In this document: in pieces, positions 26,101 through 39,907 of the stretch
How the letters are laid out: every line of letters begins with the position of its first letter
Numbering within the stretch: position 1 is the stretch's first letter
DNA from: Tubulanus polymorphus
Taxonomy: Eukaryota; Animalia; Nemertea
Assembly: GCF_964204645.1 (NCBI RefSeq)
Contig: NC_134026.1
Span: forward strand, 25,764,150 to 25,828,149
DNA length: 64,000 bases
Direction of reading: 5' to 3'
Program-made: the position numbers and the translations under genes
The notes under the pieces: model-generated
The model's database searches: none
Told to the model about the DNA's origin: nothing
The model's input: the letters and a program-made list of their open reading frames with translations, nothing else

Positions 26101-29100
26101 ATTCCCTGCTTTTTCCACTTTTCTATTTCAACTATTTTGTGTTTCATTATCTATAGCTCATAATATAACACTTAGTCATCTATTATTAATGTACGCGATA
26201 TAATCAGTACAATCATCATTCAACAGCCATTCATCTAGGGCATATGTAATGCCAGACATACATATAAATATAATCAGACAAAAAATGGATGACATTCAAA
26301 ACATGAAATATCAATAGCTGCATGTGCGTAATACAACAGACAGTCCCCAGGGTCTGTTTTAACAGACAATGTGCACTTATTGTCTGCATTCTTCTTCAAA
26401 GTTATAAATGAAGTCCTACTAGGTACACCTCAGGTAGCCTTACAAAAACATGATTGAAATGCCCTTTAATTATCTGCGCACTATAATTGCCATTATCGTA
26501 GATAATATTCATTGCGTGGACCCACCCTGTTATTCACTTCTAAAGGTATTTATCATGCGTGCAATTTGACCCCTGAATAATCTGACCTCGGTCAAGCATT
26601 TGCGCGCGCATGTAGAAGCAGCTTTCACTATGCGGATAGTACAATAAATTATTTGAAGAGTAATGAACCTTATCAAATACTAACAGCTGTGCGTATGGGT
26701 TTACAATAGTTTACAAAATGTGCCACTTCTCACATCATCAAAACACACATAAACTGAAGTGAAATCGTGTTGTTTACGATATTGAAAGTAACTTACTGTA
26801 TTTGAGGTCGTAGAAGAAGTGTTTCGGCTATTACAAGATCTACGTCGAGGAGCTATTCCAACATCTATACCCTTCAATATTGAATCGACCACTGAAATAT
26901 ATAATAATGGATCTAAGTTATCATCGCTGTCATTTTTTTTCTCACCGAAACTTATCCGTTTCGGCAGTAAATACTTTGACCCCATCGCGTCAATGCGGGG
27001 TAAAATGCCGACACGGCAATAAACTGTCTGCTACGACAATGCCGATAATCTGCAAGCAAAAGTGACATTATATTATTCGGGTAACAAAGAATGAAGTCAT
27101 CATTGCTGCATGACTTATCCTCAAACAACATGACTCATGAAAGACTCACTCACCCGTCTGCTACAACCTGCAGGATAAGAGAGATGAGACGATTGTTAGT
27201 ATTTCCACACCACTCTGCACCGGAGAGAGCGAGAATAGACACCGCTGCGTAAGAACTCTTTAAATTGCCTCTAATACGATCAATATGATAGTCTACCCGA
27301 TTTCAGACTAACAACACGGCTGATCTGCGCACATCACATAAAGGAAGATGATGCTCGCCGATCTACACACATCGAACAAGGTGAATGCTTTCGACATTGC
27401 TTCCACATTCCGTAGAAAAAACAGGTCATTCCGTAAGGCGCATTATGTTTACCATTCTTTGACGTATGGGAGGTTTTCTGGTTGAAATTCAGTCAGTTGA
27501 TAATAGGATGACCTTTAGCCATTAAATCACTAGTTGTACGCGGCTTAGTCGATTTCACTATACACACAAGGGGTGAGAGGATAAGGTCGTAAAGCAAGTA
27601 ATTTATGTTCCTTCGTCAGTAGTGTGCTTTACAGATGAATTATGGCACTGACGAGTGAGGAAAGCAGTTGCCATAGAAACAGAGTATTACAACTGCCATG
27701 GAGTGGTTAGAAAGGTTCAGAAAATGACACGAAAACTTGATGGCACACAACATATTGATAACGAGACATGTAATACATACACTGCTGCACCGACATGCCT
27801 CGCATTGATTCCACACAAATGAATGGCACTGATTGGTATATTTTCATTAACATAATGAAGTGTACAACTTCAAAGAGCTTAACATTGTGATTGTATGGAA
27901 GAAATACGAGATACCATCATTGCTGGAAGTATACACAACGAATATACCTGCAAAAAGCAATGGTTTGGCAGAATGCCACCATAAACCAGTAGTGTATAAA
28001 GGTTGAAGTTACTGATGCTATACTGGATGATGTATGAAAAAGCCAGTTAGAATATATAGATATGTCAAAAGCGCTGTTCAAAATATTTTCCTCGTGGCAG
28101 TGCATGTTTACATGTTACAAGTAAACAATCCATGGCGACAAAATTCATCCAAAGTGCATAAATAAATTCCACAGACTGTCTAATGAGGCACTCGTTACGT
28201 ATGTAGTGATGTCCATTTCACTAACTATGAAAATGACATCTAGAATGCGGAGGAACAATGATAGATTAGCTTCTGTGCTGACTCGATGTTGCGTAGTGTC
28301 ACTGTGAAAAAAATAATGGCCACCGAAGAAACAGATAGAGTTCAGCGAGTAAGCGAATCATTATAACTGAAGGTAAACTAACCATAAACAACACGCATAA
28401 ATGTTCAATCATTAGGAAAGAGTAGAGTACGTAAGTCATCTTCCAAAAAAAAGATCGCCAATGATACCCATATCTCCTAATCATGAATGACCATACCAGC
28501 ACACGGTCCTTACTATGCAGTCTCAAATACCACCACTTTATAAAGAAAAATCAACTCAAGCTTGCTTCACGATGCCATATCGTTTTGTCATAATATCATC
28601 GGAGATAGGCATATTCAGCCGTTAGTCGACTGCTGGTTGCCCATTACAGGAGCAATACATTTTTCATTGGCTGAAGATTTCTCAACATTAAGGCACATAT
28701 ATCAATGTAACATGGGATAAAAGTACAGCAATATGGGTCTCCCCGAGAGATTAGTCAACAAACTCTGTGAGTTTTGTATGAATCACTGTCAGGATTTTTA
28801 TGTGAATCAGTCTCTGGTGACGTCCATTGACTGAGGAATGCAAATGATTTTCTGTCAAGTATCCCAAAAGATTAGCATTCTTCCGCAGCAAGACTCTCCT
28901 TACAAATGCAATATAATTATATCATCACAACGTAGTGGTGCCAAAATGATTTGATTAAGAGAGAAATGCTATTGAAAGCATTGTGAATGCGACGAAATAA
29001 AAACCGGCAACACCGAACTGAACCTAACTGCGTATGATAATAACCAATATAAAGACACTTACCACCATCTCCAATAAGTCGCATCTGAACCAGAGCTGGA

Positions 29101-32100
29101 TCTTCATTATGTTCTTCGAGTACAGTATCATCAACAACAGTCAGTTCCTAAAAGGAGACCACAAAAAGATAAATACAACTGAAGATAAATTGCACTGTTT
29201 ACCTTTTTATGTCGAGAACTACAAAATCGAGGACAAATCTATAAACTTTTGATGATATGTACTTGATGTACAAACTGTAATGCTTTTGGAGTGTAGTATA
29301 CAAAAATGAATTATCATTGTTAAATCATTATTAGCAATTCTAACTTTATCATGCTTATGTTATTCGGAAACGCTGTACACGGAATAGTGTTACCAACATC
29401 AGAAATCACAACGTTAAAATTATGATATACCTAATCGGCAATATGATACTTTGCCTGGGCGCTGAAAACGACAACTTCTTCCCTTTTCCTTTAATCAATG
29501 AAAATACCGAGGGTCGTACTCAATCACCGCCATGACAATTTACCGGTAGTGTTACCATAGTGATTACTGTCACCATGCATGAATTCATAAGGTAAATCTA
29601 TTGTAGGAATACGTCATACGTTTAGTCGGCCGTATATATGAAAGTATTGGAAGTACTGAACAGTTCCTAATGAATAACCTTTCTGAGAAAGTCAAACATT
29701 GTCCGGTCAATTGTCAATTGCGCCGTTAACACTTTCAGAGGCAATGACCTTGAAAATCATTGGGTGCTTAATATGATAATTTCTGCGGAAATACGGAAAT
29801 ACTCACATGCGTGGAATCATTGTACGACTTGATAACAGCTGTGTACCACTGCGTTGTACCTTCGGAACGATAAACCCGCACTCTGAATCCAACTAATACG
29901 GTCGGCGTCGTCAATAAGATCTTCTGACCGTCTTGTTCTTCCAGCCAGTTCTGTATTGCCCGCTGCGTGTCCTGATTCGTTAGCGTGCGCACGTCTTCTT
30001 CCTGGAAAATAGAACGGCGAAATAAACTAAACGAAAAAAAATCATAGATGTATCTAGCGGCGGTGATGTAAATATAGCGGGTATATACTATAGCGAGAAA
30101 TCTGATGCAGAAAACAGTGTAATGAAAAACATCAACATGAAAACCATGAATAAGATCTCATACAATCAACGTATAATCATGTACCTAAACCTATATATTT
30201 AATAACATATATCAGTGAATATAATAATGACTGTAGACGCGTGGTTTCTAGTGGAGATATTCATTGCGCTGAGCCATGAACGGATGATGATATTGCGCAA
30301 CTACAGCGTTTCCGCGTGGCGCTCAAGAGGCTGGCTGCTTTGATGTATAATTGAGAATCAATGCGCGTCATATTGATTGAAGCCATCGTAAAAAATACCC
30401 GAAACAGTCGAATATCCATCTCTCTCTCTCACGGGCGCGCGAGACGATGAATCTACACGACACAATCAGCTGGAATAAATGAGGTTACCATGGTGATGGT
30501 GCAGATCAACAAGTCAGTAAATATTGGCGGCGCCCGGCGACGACGTAGGGCAGCTTCACAGAATTAAAGGCGACACTGCAGATAATCACATCTTCCTTTT
30601 ACAAATATGTCTCGTTCATAACAGGCCTACACTGAGCACCCGACCTGTTTCTTTATTGTACTATTGTTACAGTTACATTTGAAAGATGGATAGGCTGTCG
30701 AAATAAAAAGACTTCTCGACTGCACTTGCCTATGCGATGTCTACCGTCTACCACTCTTTTGGTCTCCATGGTTAGTAGAAATCTTTCCCTTAGTAGATCA
30801 TACAATGATATTGGATACTCCCATTTGCAAAGCTTCTTCACCCAGAAGTAGCTCAATCTTTAGCCGTACTACAGACAACAAACAAACCCATACTTCACTA
30901 GGAAATGGTTATTTTTAGTCGTTTGGAGCCCCTGTTTAACCTGATGTTAGACTCAAGCATGTTAAGGTATCTACATATCACAGATCTGTAGGTATGTTAT
31001 GTTTACAAATATCCTATGTTTAGATTGCTGCTGCCAGGTATTCTCCACTCATATTTTCTGCACCAACATCAGTAACATCTTTGGGTAAGTTCAATACAGA
31101 TAAAACGCGGTGTAAAGAAAATTCTCACAGATAAAAAGAGCAGAGATAATGGCAACAGTGTGTGAGAATATAGAGAGAGAGGATCAGCTGAGCAGCTAAG
31201 CTATGCATCAGCTGGAGGTGGAAGGATTGAACAGAGATATTTCAGAAAAAAAGAAGCAGCTATATTTTTAGTTGGTAATCACAGGGTACTTCCACTCCCA
31301 TAACCCAGTGATACACATTTGCCCTTGCCCTTGCCCTGATCAACTGTTTTGTGGGAAGGCGGAATGATTTATATCTCTTAAGCATGCATATGATCGATTC
31401 TAGTTTCAGAAGTCAACTAAATAAAGTACTATCAGTCCTACAGGGTTTTCTGTGAAGTGTAACAAAAAGATATAGAGATAAACAAAGCCCACCACAAAAT
31501 GATGTAATGTTCTATATCAGTACTACTGATCGATGATTGCAGTTAATATGTTTGGCAAAGCTTCAAGAATGTAGAATGGATTACTTCATTAAGGGATAGT
31601 ATTCTATGAAGAGGTCATACTAGGTAATCAAGTTTCTGAAACTATTTCAGGAGTAAGGATTGAGTTCGGGTTGTCTCTTCCGTGGACTGTTACATGACCT
31701 ACTGTACTGACAGCAGCTACATCATGCAGGTTATAAACATCAAGCTCATATTCCATTCTAGCCTGAAAGCTTGAGCATGAATAAACATTGAATGATGTTG
31801 AGTACAGTGTGAGTCAGTACTGTGTGCGTGAGTCCTGACAACAAAGAGACAACCAGTGAAACATGATTCATACAAGAACCTCTCCTCGATCACACACAAG
31901 CCCATCCTTTCGCAATCCATATACCCGGCATATCCTTTTTCAAACCATTACATTCATTTCTTCGCGATTATCAACGTTGGAACCTTATGCATATCTTTGA
32001 TACGCCAAATCGAGAGACGAATTACCATGGATATACACTATTTCGACACCAACGTCCTTGACTGCAAAGATTGCTTTCGCAAGTTACCATAGCAATGGCT

Positions 32101-35100
32101 TTTTATGAAGAAGAAAAAGATAAATGGTGCCTGGGACTTGGCAACGAATTGCAGAAACGGTACAGAGAGCTCGTATGAAGAATATAAAAACGGACTTGTC
32201 AAAGATAAAGAAAACGAAAGCCTTTTTAAAGCTATGATGGATCATAATATGCATCATTCATTTATATCAAGGCTGAGGAAACTGATAGCATTTGATGTCT
32301 GACTCAAGCTGAATTATAGTGAACCTCAGCAATCATCAGACACTAGTCATTGAAAAGAATAACATGTTTGTGCTCATCGAGCATAACCCTCCAGAGGTTT
32401 ACATTGCTATCATCTTATCTAGAAACAAATTTACAGGCATACTCATGTTGCGTCGAATTCGGAAAGGGTAATGACCTGGAATTGTTGACCAACAACTAGG
32501 CTCAAAGATTAGAAATACCATTATTGGACCTGAATAATCTATTAGTTGTAAATTCTTCCCAACAACCAATAGGAGGAGCATCTTATGCGTCTTGAGTTAC
32601 GTCTTCCGAAAAAGTTTATAATTTCCTTACCTTGAATAATTTGATATCTTGCTCGTCAACGAACTGAAGTCGAGTATTCTGTTCAAAATGTTCAACAGGA
32701 ATGAGCTTGTTATTCGTAAGACCAGCTTTATCAACAATCACTTTAAAATTCTACAAAAATAATCAACGCATCACACAAATGAAATAATAACTGATCAGAG
32801 GACTTAGGGAACACATAAATCTAGATACAGTTGAAGGGTTAGGCAGAGTAGGTCAACAACTGAAAATTGTCTAGTCAAAATTTTCAGGTTTTTTTTCAAA
32901 TGGGATGACATTAAAAAAAGAGAACATTTTTTTTCTGAAAGGCAAAAGTAGGTTATTTGTAAGCATAATGACAGCCGATTGTCAAAACAAGTCACGCATT
33001 GTAGACAGACGTATTAACCATTTAACACAATGGCCTTGACCTTCATATTGCAACACCTCTCTCATGTAAAATAACACGTAAGTGTAAGAGGATACTAGAA
33101 TTAATAGGTGGCATACGATATATCAGATTTAATCGATTATTCATAACAGTAGCGCGTATCTATTATAGTTAAGAACCAAATACTCACTAGGGCCGGCCAG
33201 CAGATTTTCTGTTTCGATTGAACCCACACTAGACTATTCTCGACGACGAAAATTTGGAATATGTTTTCGTTGAGTTTAATCCATTCTCGTCGCGACCAGT
33301 CTCTGTCATCGAATTCAACTAATACCTGCAAAGATAAAAATCGTAGGATACGAATAACATAGCGCGACCATGCAATCAAATCATCACGTGCAAACGGACC
33401 AGCTGTCTGAGCTGAAGGTTAACAGTTTTGTCGACTGAGTTACTAAAAAATGACACATATATTCATACGGATTCCTTGGCTTATTTATAAAATTGAAACG
33501 AGTAGAATAGCTTTTAATTTTTCTACGTAGCCTGTGATTATACAAAAAAATAGCTGAAAAATGTCGGGGAAATAAAGTAACATGAACAAATTTATGAATG
33601 TAACAGGCATTAAGGCGCAAAACATTACAATAGAACATTCATCAAAGGCATGGAAACATGGCCCTTCATACATGTTTTTCCACTCTCTTTCTCGGTGACA
33701 TGAAAAGAGTCTGCAGTACCCAGCACAGTAGCAGTACTGACATAGCAATGTCGATTCCTGGCTGTATTGATTTAGCTCTCAGAAATGAGAAATTTCTGTA
33801 GTTATTCCAATGCAAATGGAGTTCCATCAATCTTCAGTAACAAGACAGTGTGTGCTTGATTGCGCTGCCATAATGAGCGAGTATTACTTGGTCACCAGCA
33901 GCCGTATGATGTCATCTTAAAGGGGCTGCATTAACCTTTAACTACTGATTTAGACGTGCACTTGAAATTCCCAAATGCCCTTAAGCCTTATGTATACAGA
34001 CACCACCCAGAAACACTACCTGTGTTCCTCAGTAAACTGGGGTTGAAACATAAAATACAGATGCGAATCTTGCATCTACAGGCAAGCGGCAAAAGTATGA
34101 GTTTCCAGATACATGGTGTAGCCTACAGTCTGGAATATGATTCGGATTGTACAACCTTTACTATCCCGGTCCCTTCGTAAGAGATTAGATCAGGGCCATC
34201 CATTGATATATGACACTGTAAGACCGGGACCGAATTAGGCCCAACCAAAAACATCGGTCAGGTCAAATCATCACTTGTGAATGCCAACTGGTTTGACATT
34301 GTTAAGTATCAAGTGAGTGGTTAACGTTTGATCATGCACACTCTATAGGCACGGGCCCAATTTGACTCGGGTCTGTATGGGCCAAATCGTCTCTGTATGA
34401 TTGTCGCACATCTGATATGAATTTGAAGATTCAATTTGACATCAATATAGGGATACAAATGATTTTTCTAAAAGAAATAATCGATGATTTGGTCATGTAT
34501 TGCACAGAGGCTGGAGTATCCCAGTTGCAGAATGGTCAATATTGATTGAATACATGTAGTCATGGATACTAAATACTGGGATTACAGATGATAATGACAG
34601 GCTTTTACTCCCATGGAATAGTAGCACTAATAACCTTGATTTAGCAGCTCACCATAGTGCAATAGATTCACATCAAGATGTATATATGCTACAGACAGAA
34701 ATTTCACACATTGTATATAATCACTATAAAGAATTATATTGATATGAAAACAAATTTACTATTCAAATATATATTTGATAATTCGATTATGAAGATTATC
34801 AACTAATTAAAGAATAGTACTATTTAATGAAGCCTTTTTGTATTGTTCTAACAAGAAATGTTCACCCTAAAATCATTCATAATAATCATAATATCAATGA
34901 TAAAAACGTATTTCAGGCTTAGAAACTTCATCTTCATCAAAAGCTTTGAAGCCTTGTCAAGTTTCGCAAATTGTCAAGTTTCACAAATTGTGAAACTTCT
35001 ATCAAATAGGACTGTAATATATCTGTTCTTTCCTTAACAATCGCCATGCAAGAGAGGAAAATAGTTTACTCAAAGAAGGATTTGGCGAACTATTGCATTT

Positions 35101-38100
35101 TTTTCCTACCAAATGCAGCATTTGAGCAATGGTTCTATCGCAGATAGATCTATATGAATTTCAAATCAATCATTTTCTCCCTCAGCATTCGTAAATAATT
35201 GCTTATCATTTGTCTCGGTGAATCTAAAATCTGCTGGAAATGATATTTCCATACAGCGATCTAGCAGTGCATCATGCTGTCAATGCGAGAACCCAATCAA
35301 TAACTGGCACCGGACTTTATAATACAAGAGACACATAATACATCAGGATTACGTCCCATGCTATAATCATTAATTAGACACGATAAAACAGAGGCTTAAT
35401 TAATACATGTAGCATTAGTATGCGTTTCGTCTTTATTAAAATGAAATATTACAATTAGTGACATCTAGGAGATATTGAAATCACTAATATTCAATGACTA
35501 TCCTATGTTGAATGATGACCGTTGAACCAACTTATTCAAAAACGAGTATTTCAAATAGCATTAGGGGAGCAATCAGAGGCTTTCTAAAATTCATTTTTTG
35601 GTATTTTTCAATGAAAGCAGATCTACAATTTAACGATATTTCTACTGTGGGAAATAGAATATTTTTACAAACAGTGTATCAAATACTAATCACTGCACGG
35701 CAAAGGTTAATTCAGGACCTACTTTTTACTACAATACACACAATTACTGAAGTCTGCAATGTAGAAGCGACTAAAAAGCGGTGTATACTTCCCAGCAAAA
35801 CATAATCCTTTGTTAAACCTATCCAAATATCTAGTTATTCAGGTACACTAGAACTTGCAAATAATTTTAAGTGCCCTTTTTAGTCATTATCTTTGCAGGT
35901 TAGCTGTGTATCAATAATTTCTCGGATATTGTAGGTATATTTGAATATTGTCGGACTTCCCATATTGAAATCACTGTGTTGGAATAGGGCTTTATAACAA
36001 AAGAAACCACATAATAATTCTAATTGAAAAGGAACTTATTAGAATGATAGTGAATGTGTGAGCCACTCGTGACTTATTTAACAATATTACAGAGATTTAT
36101 ACCTTCACTGTCTCAATGAATACATTACATAGAATCATTCAGCAAACCTGAACCCTAATCAGACAAGCCAAATACATAAACCTTGTATATTACAAATACA
36201 TATATACAATAATAATCCATAGACACCATCTGGAACTACTTTCAGCGTGTACTGTATAGTGTAGTGAATGCACATTGAACAGGGTTGGCTGGAAGCCAAG
36301 CAGGTGGAATCTACACTACACACACACACCACAGCACTATATGTATAAATACATGCTAGCACAAAGAGAAACCATTTTTGTCTTGTTAGTTCACATTTTC
36401 CTGTAGTTTCATGAAATGTTAATTTTTTCGTAAGGCCCTACTCTTAACATTATCAAAAACTATGCGCTAGCTCGATTCAGATGAAAAACGAATACTACAT
36501 TTAAACAAGACACTGGAGTTCAAACACTATACCCACATGAGTCCGCAATTTAACTAATTAAGATCCCATGATAATTGATTTTTAAATTTTAATGAGAGCC
36601 ACAAACAGATCTAAAGCTCAATGGTATAACTCAGGTCACCAAAATAACAAAAATACCGTCTTTATTATTACCATCAAAGACTTGAGAAAAATCCAATTAA
36701 TGTGAATTAATGGATAGTTCTCATCTCAGTAGGACTAGAAGAACTAGTGAAATACCAGATGTCTCAAGCACAGAGAGTCCAATTTCACAAAAAAGCATTC
36801 ACCTGATGAAGCTTCTATACATTAGTAGCGAAAGCTTGTGCGTCAAATAAATAGTTAACCTATATAGTACTACTCGTCTGGTTATTTATTTATTCTTAAC
36901 CCGGTTAAGACGGCTATTCTACGAATCTTCACCAAAAAAAGCTTTAACTCTCAAAATAGATTTAAATTCTTCATTAATCCAGTTTATCTTTAATACCGAC
37001 TAAGGATTTCATTTTTTGTAGTCTGTAAATAATCATGCTATAGGCCTAACGCACAATGATGTTAGTTTCTAACGTGATCTTCGCAAGTATCATGGCTTCA
37101 GAGGATATGCGGAGAGAACACAAGCCCGTGATAACCGATCAACCGGTATTAAAGCCCCCTACGCATCTCCCAACAAGGGAAATGAAACATGGACCATGAT
37201 GTCTATATCATTTTGATACTGAACAAATCTTCAATAGGTTAAAGGCAGTAATGAACGCCTGCCGCTATTATTCAGCCTCCCTGATCTGTGATATACAAAG
37301 AGGTGTATAGCACACACCAGGCGTATTGCAATACAAGATGTACTTACTAGAACTTCAATAATACCAGTGCGATGATTCTTATAAAAACCTGGTCCTTCAT
37401 CATTAGACAATATCAAAAATGTTTTACAATATCAGATCATCATTTGATGCTTCCAAATCACTTTAGCACAATGATTCTAAGAAATATTTCAAAGGAATCA
37501 TTATTTTGTCTTATAGTACTAAAACATATCTTCAGTATGGCAAAAACTAGTAAGGTAGTGAGCATATCTTATTTTATCCCTTTTTAGATAAATTGGTTTT
37601 GTTAGTTCCTTGGACTTGTCATCTTTTTAAAACTAACATGTCAAAGACCGGAAACCAGAAAATCCACAGTAGCCACCAGTTCGTGCCTTAAATTTATCAC
37701 AGTACGCAATATTTTAGTCCCAAGGTTATTATCATTATCAGTTAGCAGAGAAAGCAGAAAATAATAGCAGTAAGCAAAGGTATCTAGGGAAAGACGAAGG
37801 GTCCATGCACCAGTGCTGAACACATGGAAGCCCTGCGCAGTTTTTCTCCAAGGAAAGGCATTCTTCAGGCTTCCGTGAAAAAAAATTCCTTGAATTGTTG
37901 CAATGGGTTATCATGCCATTTGAGATTTTTCAATATTTAGTGCCCTCCAAAATCTGAGGGCGGGGGATAATGTCCGGACCTCTTGGTTAGCCTACCCCTA
38001 GTTTAGGGAATATCCTGTAACCTATGTCATCGCTGTGTATATTAATAGGCCTAACAAATTAAACTCATTTAAATATCTTAACATATTCCTTTTCTTTTTC

Positions 38101-39158
38101 TCTAGGGCACTACAGCCTATTCAAACTATTTTCTGTTTGTATAAGGCTATATCTCTACAATATGGCACGATAAAATTCAAGTGTAAGTTCAAGATCTTCT
38201 GCTGTCCAATCTATGTGCGTTAATATGATGATTTGATCTTTGAGCATTAATATTCCAAATTTCTCAAGGTCTAGGCCTACATCAAAATGCGTGATCAGCA
38301 AGACACTTCACGAACAGAACTCACACAGGGCTTAGTTTAATGTAAATGTTTGACTGGCTATTGGTTACTTCGTGATTTCAACGAGGACAACAATTCAAAT
38401 TTAACCGTTTGAAAACTTTTTCACGAAACTGTATCCAGGAGTCAGAACTTTACTTACTAGGTCACCTAACAACCAGACCACATATAGGCCCTACAATGTT
38501 TTTATAGTCGCCTGATTATAAACAAGGTTCATACTATCTATGATATTAAACACCTAGAATTTCCAGAGTTTTCCCTGAACAAAATCTTCAAATCTCCATT
38601 CTACAATAACTGAATGACTGATCCATTACCAGAGGGATGTCGGAGAGAAATTTACGATGGCGTGGCTTAAAAGTTTTTGTTATAAATGAAGCAGCTCTAG
38701 ATAAGAAGAAGGAAATTTCACGATCACAAAACTCAGCAATAAGTAGCAGTTAGCAACATAAAATTGTAGGCCTCTATATGCCACTACTAAACTCTATATG
38801 TTAGGCATGTTTGGCACTTGGAAGTCCTCTTACATTTACAACGACTAATTTTAGATTCAAGATGATGCTGTTGACAGGCACCGTGCTAAGCTATTTAATA
38901 TTTTGAATCTTTACATACCAAATAAATAAAAATCTCAGAAATTACAATAAAGAAGTAAATACACGGTTCAATGAACAGATAGGTACTTACCGAAACCTCA
39001 GGGTTGGTTAAATCCTTATGAGAAACAGCACGTACAACTCCAGCCCGCCATTCCCAATCCGATATACGGTTCAATTTCAGTTTCACGGCGCTCCGTACCG
39101 ATAGAAACCGCTTCCCTACGATCTCTTCTCTGTACTTCAACGCCATATTAAACGTCAT
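8128..39158 (-). CDS. KDM3: KDM3/JMJD1 family JmjC histone H3K9 demethylase (JMJD1C/KDM3B-like), 22 coding exons, ~2676 aa
   Basis: Exons (minus): 39158-38991, 33325-33188, 32750-32631, 30001-29807, 29147-29063, 26891-26797, 22326-22230, 19955-17981, 17193-16974, 15712-15584, 15362-13413, 12930-12633, 12513-12190, 12105-11986, 11900-11655, 11432-10678, 10588-10417, 10338-10117, 9157-8895, 8814-8638, 8521-8387, 8274-8128. All are GT-AG and phase-consistent (8031 nt). JMJD1C-type N-terminus ([38 protein letters not shown]; [13 protein letters not shown]), [21 protein letters not shown], zinc finger [31 protein letters not shown] (LRELL), JmjC with [32 protein letters not shown] (HxD), [18 protein letters not shown]. 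Confidence 0.96.
9236..10055. repeat. ~175-bp tandem repeat (~4.6 copies) filling KDM3 intron 18
   Basis: ACCTACATCAGTGAG recurs at 9241, 9416, 9591, 9767, 9930; units carry short palindromes AACCATTGGTT/AACCACTGGTT. Confidence 0.95.
23942..24113. repeat. ~170-bp imperfect foldback palindrome (probable old MITE) in KDM3 intron 6
   Basis: Nested complementary blocks TTCATCTGAAGAATA/TATTTTTCAGTTGAA, ATCAAAGAAAAA/TTTTTCTTTGAT, GAGGATTTT/AAAATCCTC, TGAGCCATTTTC/GAAAATGGCTCA centred near 24024. Confidence 0.75.
36795..36852 (+). ncRNA. Minimal type I hammerhead ribozyme motif (Penelope-like element/retrozyme LTR remnant), antisense in KDM3 intron 1
   Basis: CAC-CTGATGA-A-GCTTCTA-TACAT-TAGTAGC-GAAA-GCTT-GTG: core CUGAUGA at 36803-36809, 7-bp stem II with one mismatch, GAAA at 36830-36833, palindromic AGCT stem III, short CAC/GTG stem I, then AATAAA at 36846-36851. 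Confidence 0.6.
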
Positions 39159-39907
39159 ATATCCATAATTGTATTCTAAACATGAAATTTCGACAAAATT
39201 TGTGAGTATATTGCTGAGGAATGTCAGCTCTCAGTGTATCAGCGCGGAGCGTTACACATGTTGAGGTCAAAGGTTCCACGCTGAAAACAGTATGCCTACG
39301 CGGCCACTCTGGCATCATATAGGTCTAAATTATTTGATAGATATTCGCCAACGCATAATTTCTTTCTTAAAAATTTTAGATTTCGACCGGATGAAATGCT
39401 CATGCGTGTGCACTCATTGTATGAGACTAAAAAGAGGAGTTAGGAAATTATTGAAGTTTCAAAATGTGTCAATCACAATTCGCGCACCTGCAAGGCAGTG
39501 ATCGAAGTTCGGTCGTCGTAAATCGTACATTTTGCGTTTTATGCACTAAAACCTTGCATTGAATATTCTGAATAGTTCGTTTCACATTAGAATATAAAGT
39601 AACTACGCATCACATACACTTTTATCAGAAATTGTATTTCTAATGGTGCGAAATACGCAGAAAATCACATACTATCTTTCAGGTTATAACGCTAATTGGA
39701 TTGACCTAGATTTGTAGCGAAGTTTACACCATGTGACTGTCACGTGGCTTGATCCAAAATGGCGGCGTATGCTACAAAATATTCATTTCCTGGTTACGCT
39801 TCAGTTTTTGGGATAAAAATCTTCATGTAGGCACCGTGTTACGACTATCCATTAAGTTTTTTTCGTATTATCCGTGATCTCTTCTCTGTGAAAATCAAAC
39901 TTCAGCC
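39159..39907. promoter_or_regulatory. Bidirectional promoter between KDM3 and REEP
   Basis: ~750 bp between divergent ATGs. E-box GTCACGTGG at 39739-39747, YY1-type CAAAATGGCGGC at 39755-39766, DR1-like AGGTCAAAGGTTC at ~39264-39276; second YY1-type site (CCGCCATCTT) at 40111-40120. Confidence 0.65.

Noticed and set aside
27641-27676. Second hammerhead-like string TATGGCA-CTGACGA-GTGAG-GAAA-GCAGT-TGCCATA
   Set aside because: Good stem I but no stem II and no valid NUH triplet; overlaps an X-box-like motif.
20143-38223. Numerous 60-97 aa ORFs in KDM3 introns 1-7
   Set aside because: AT-biased composition and no recognisable motifs; those with real coding content are already explained as KDM3 exons.
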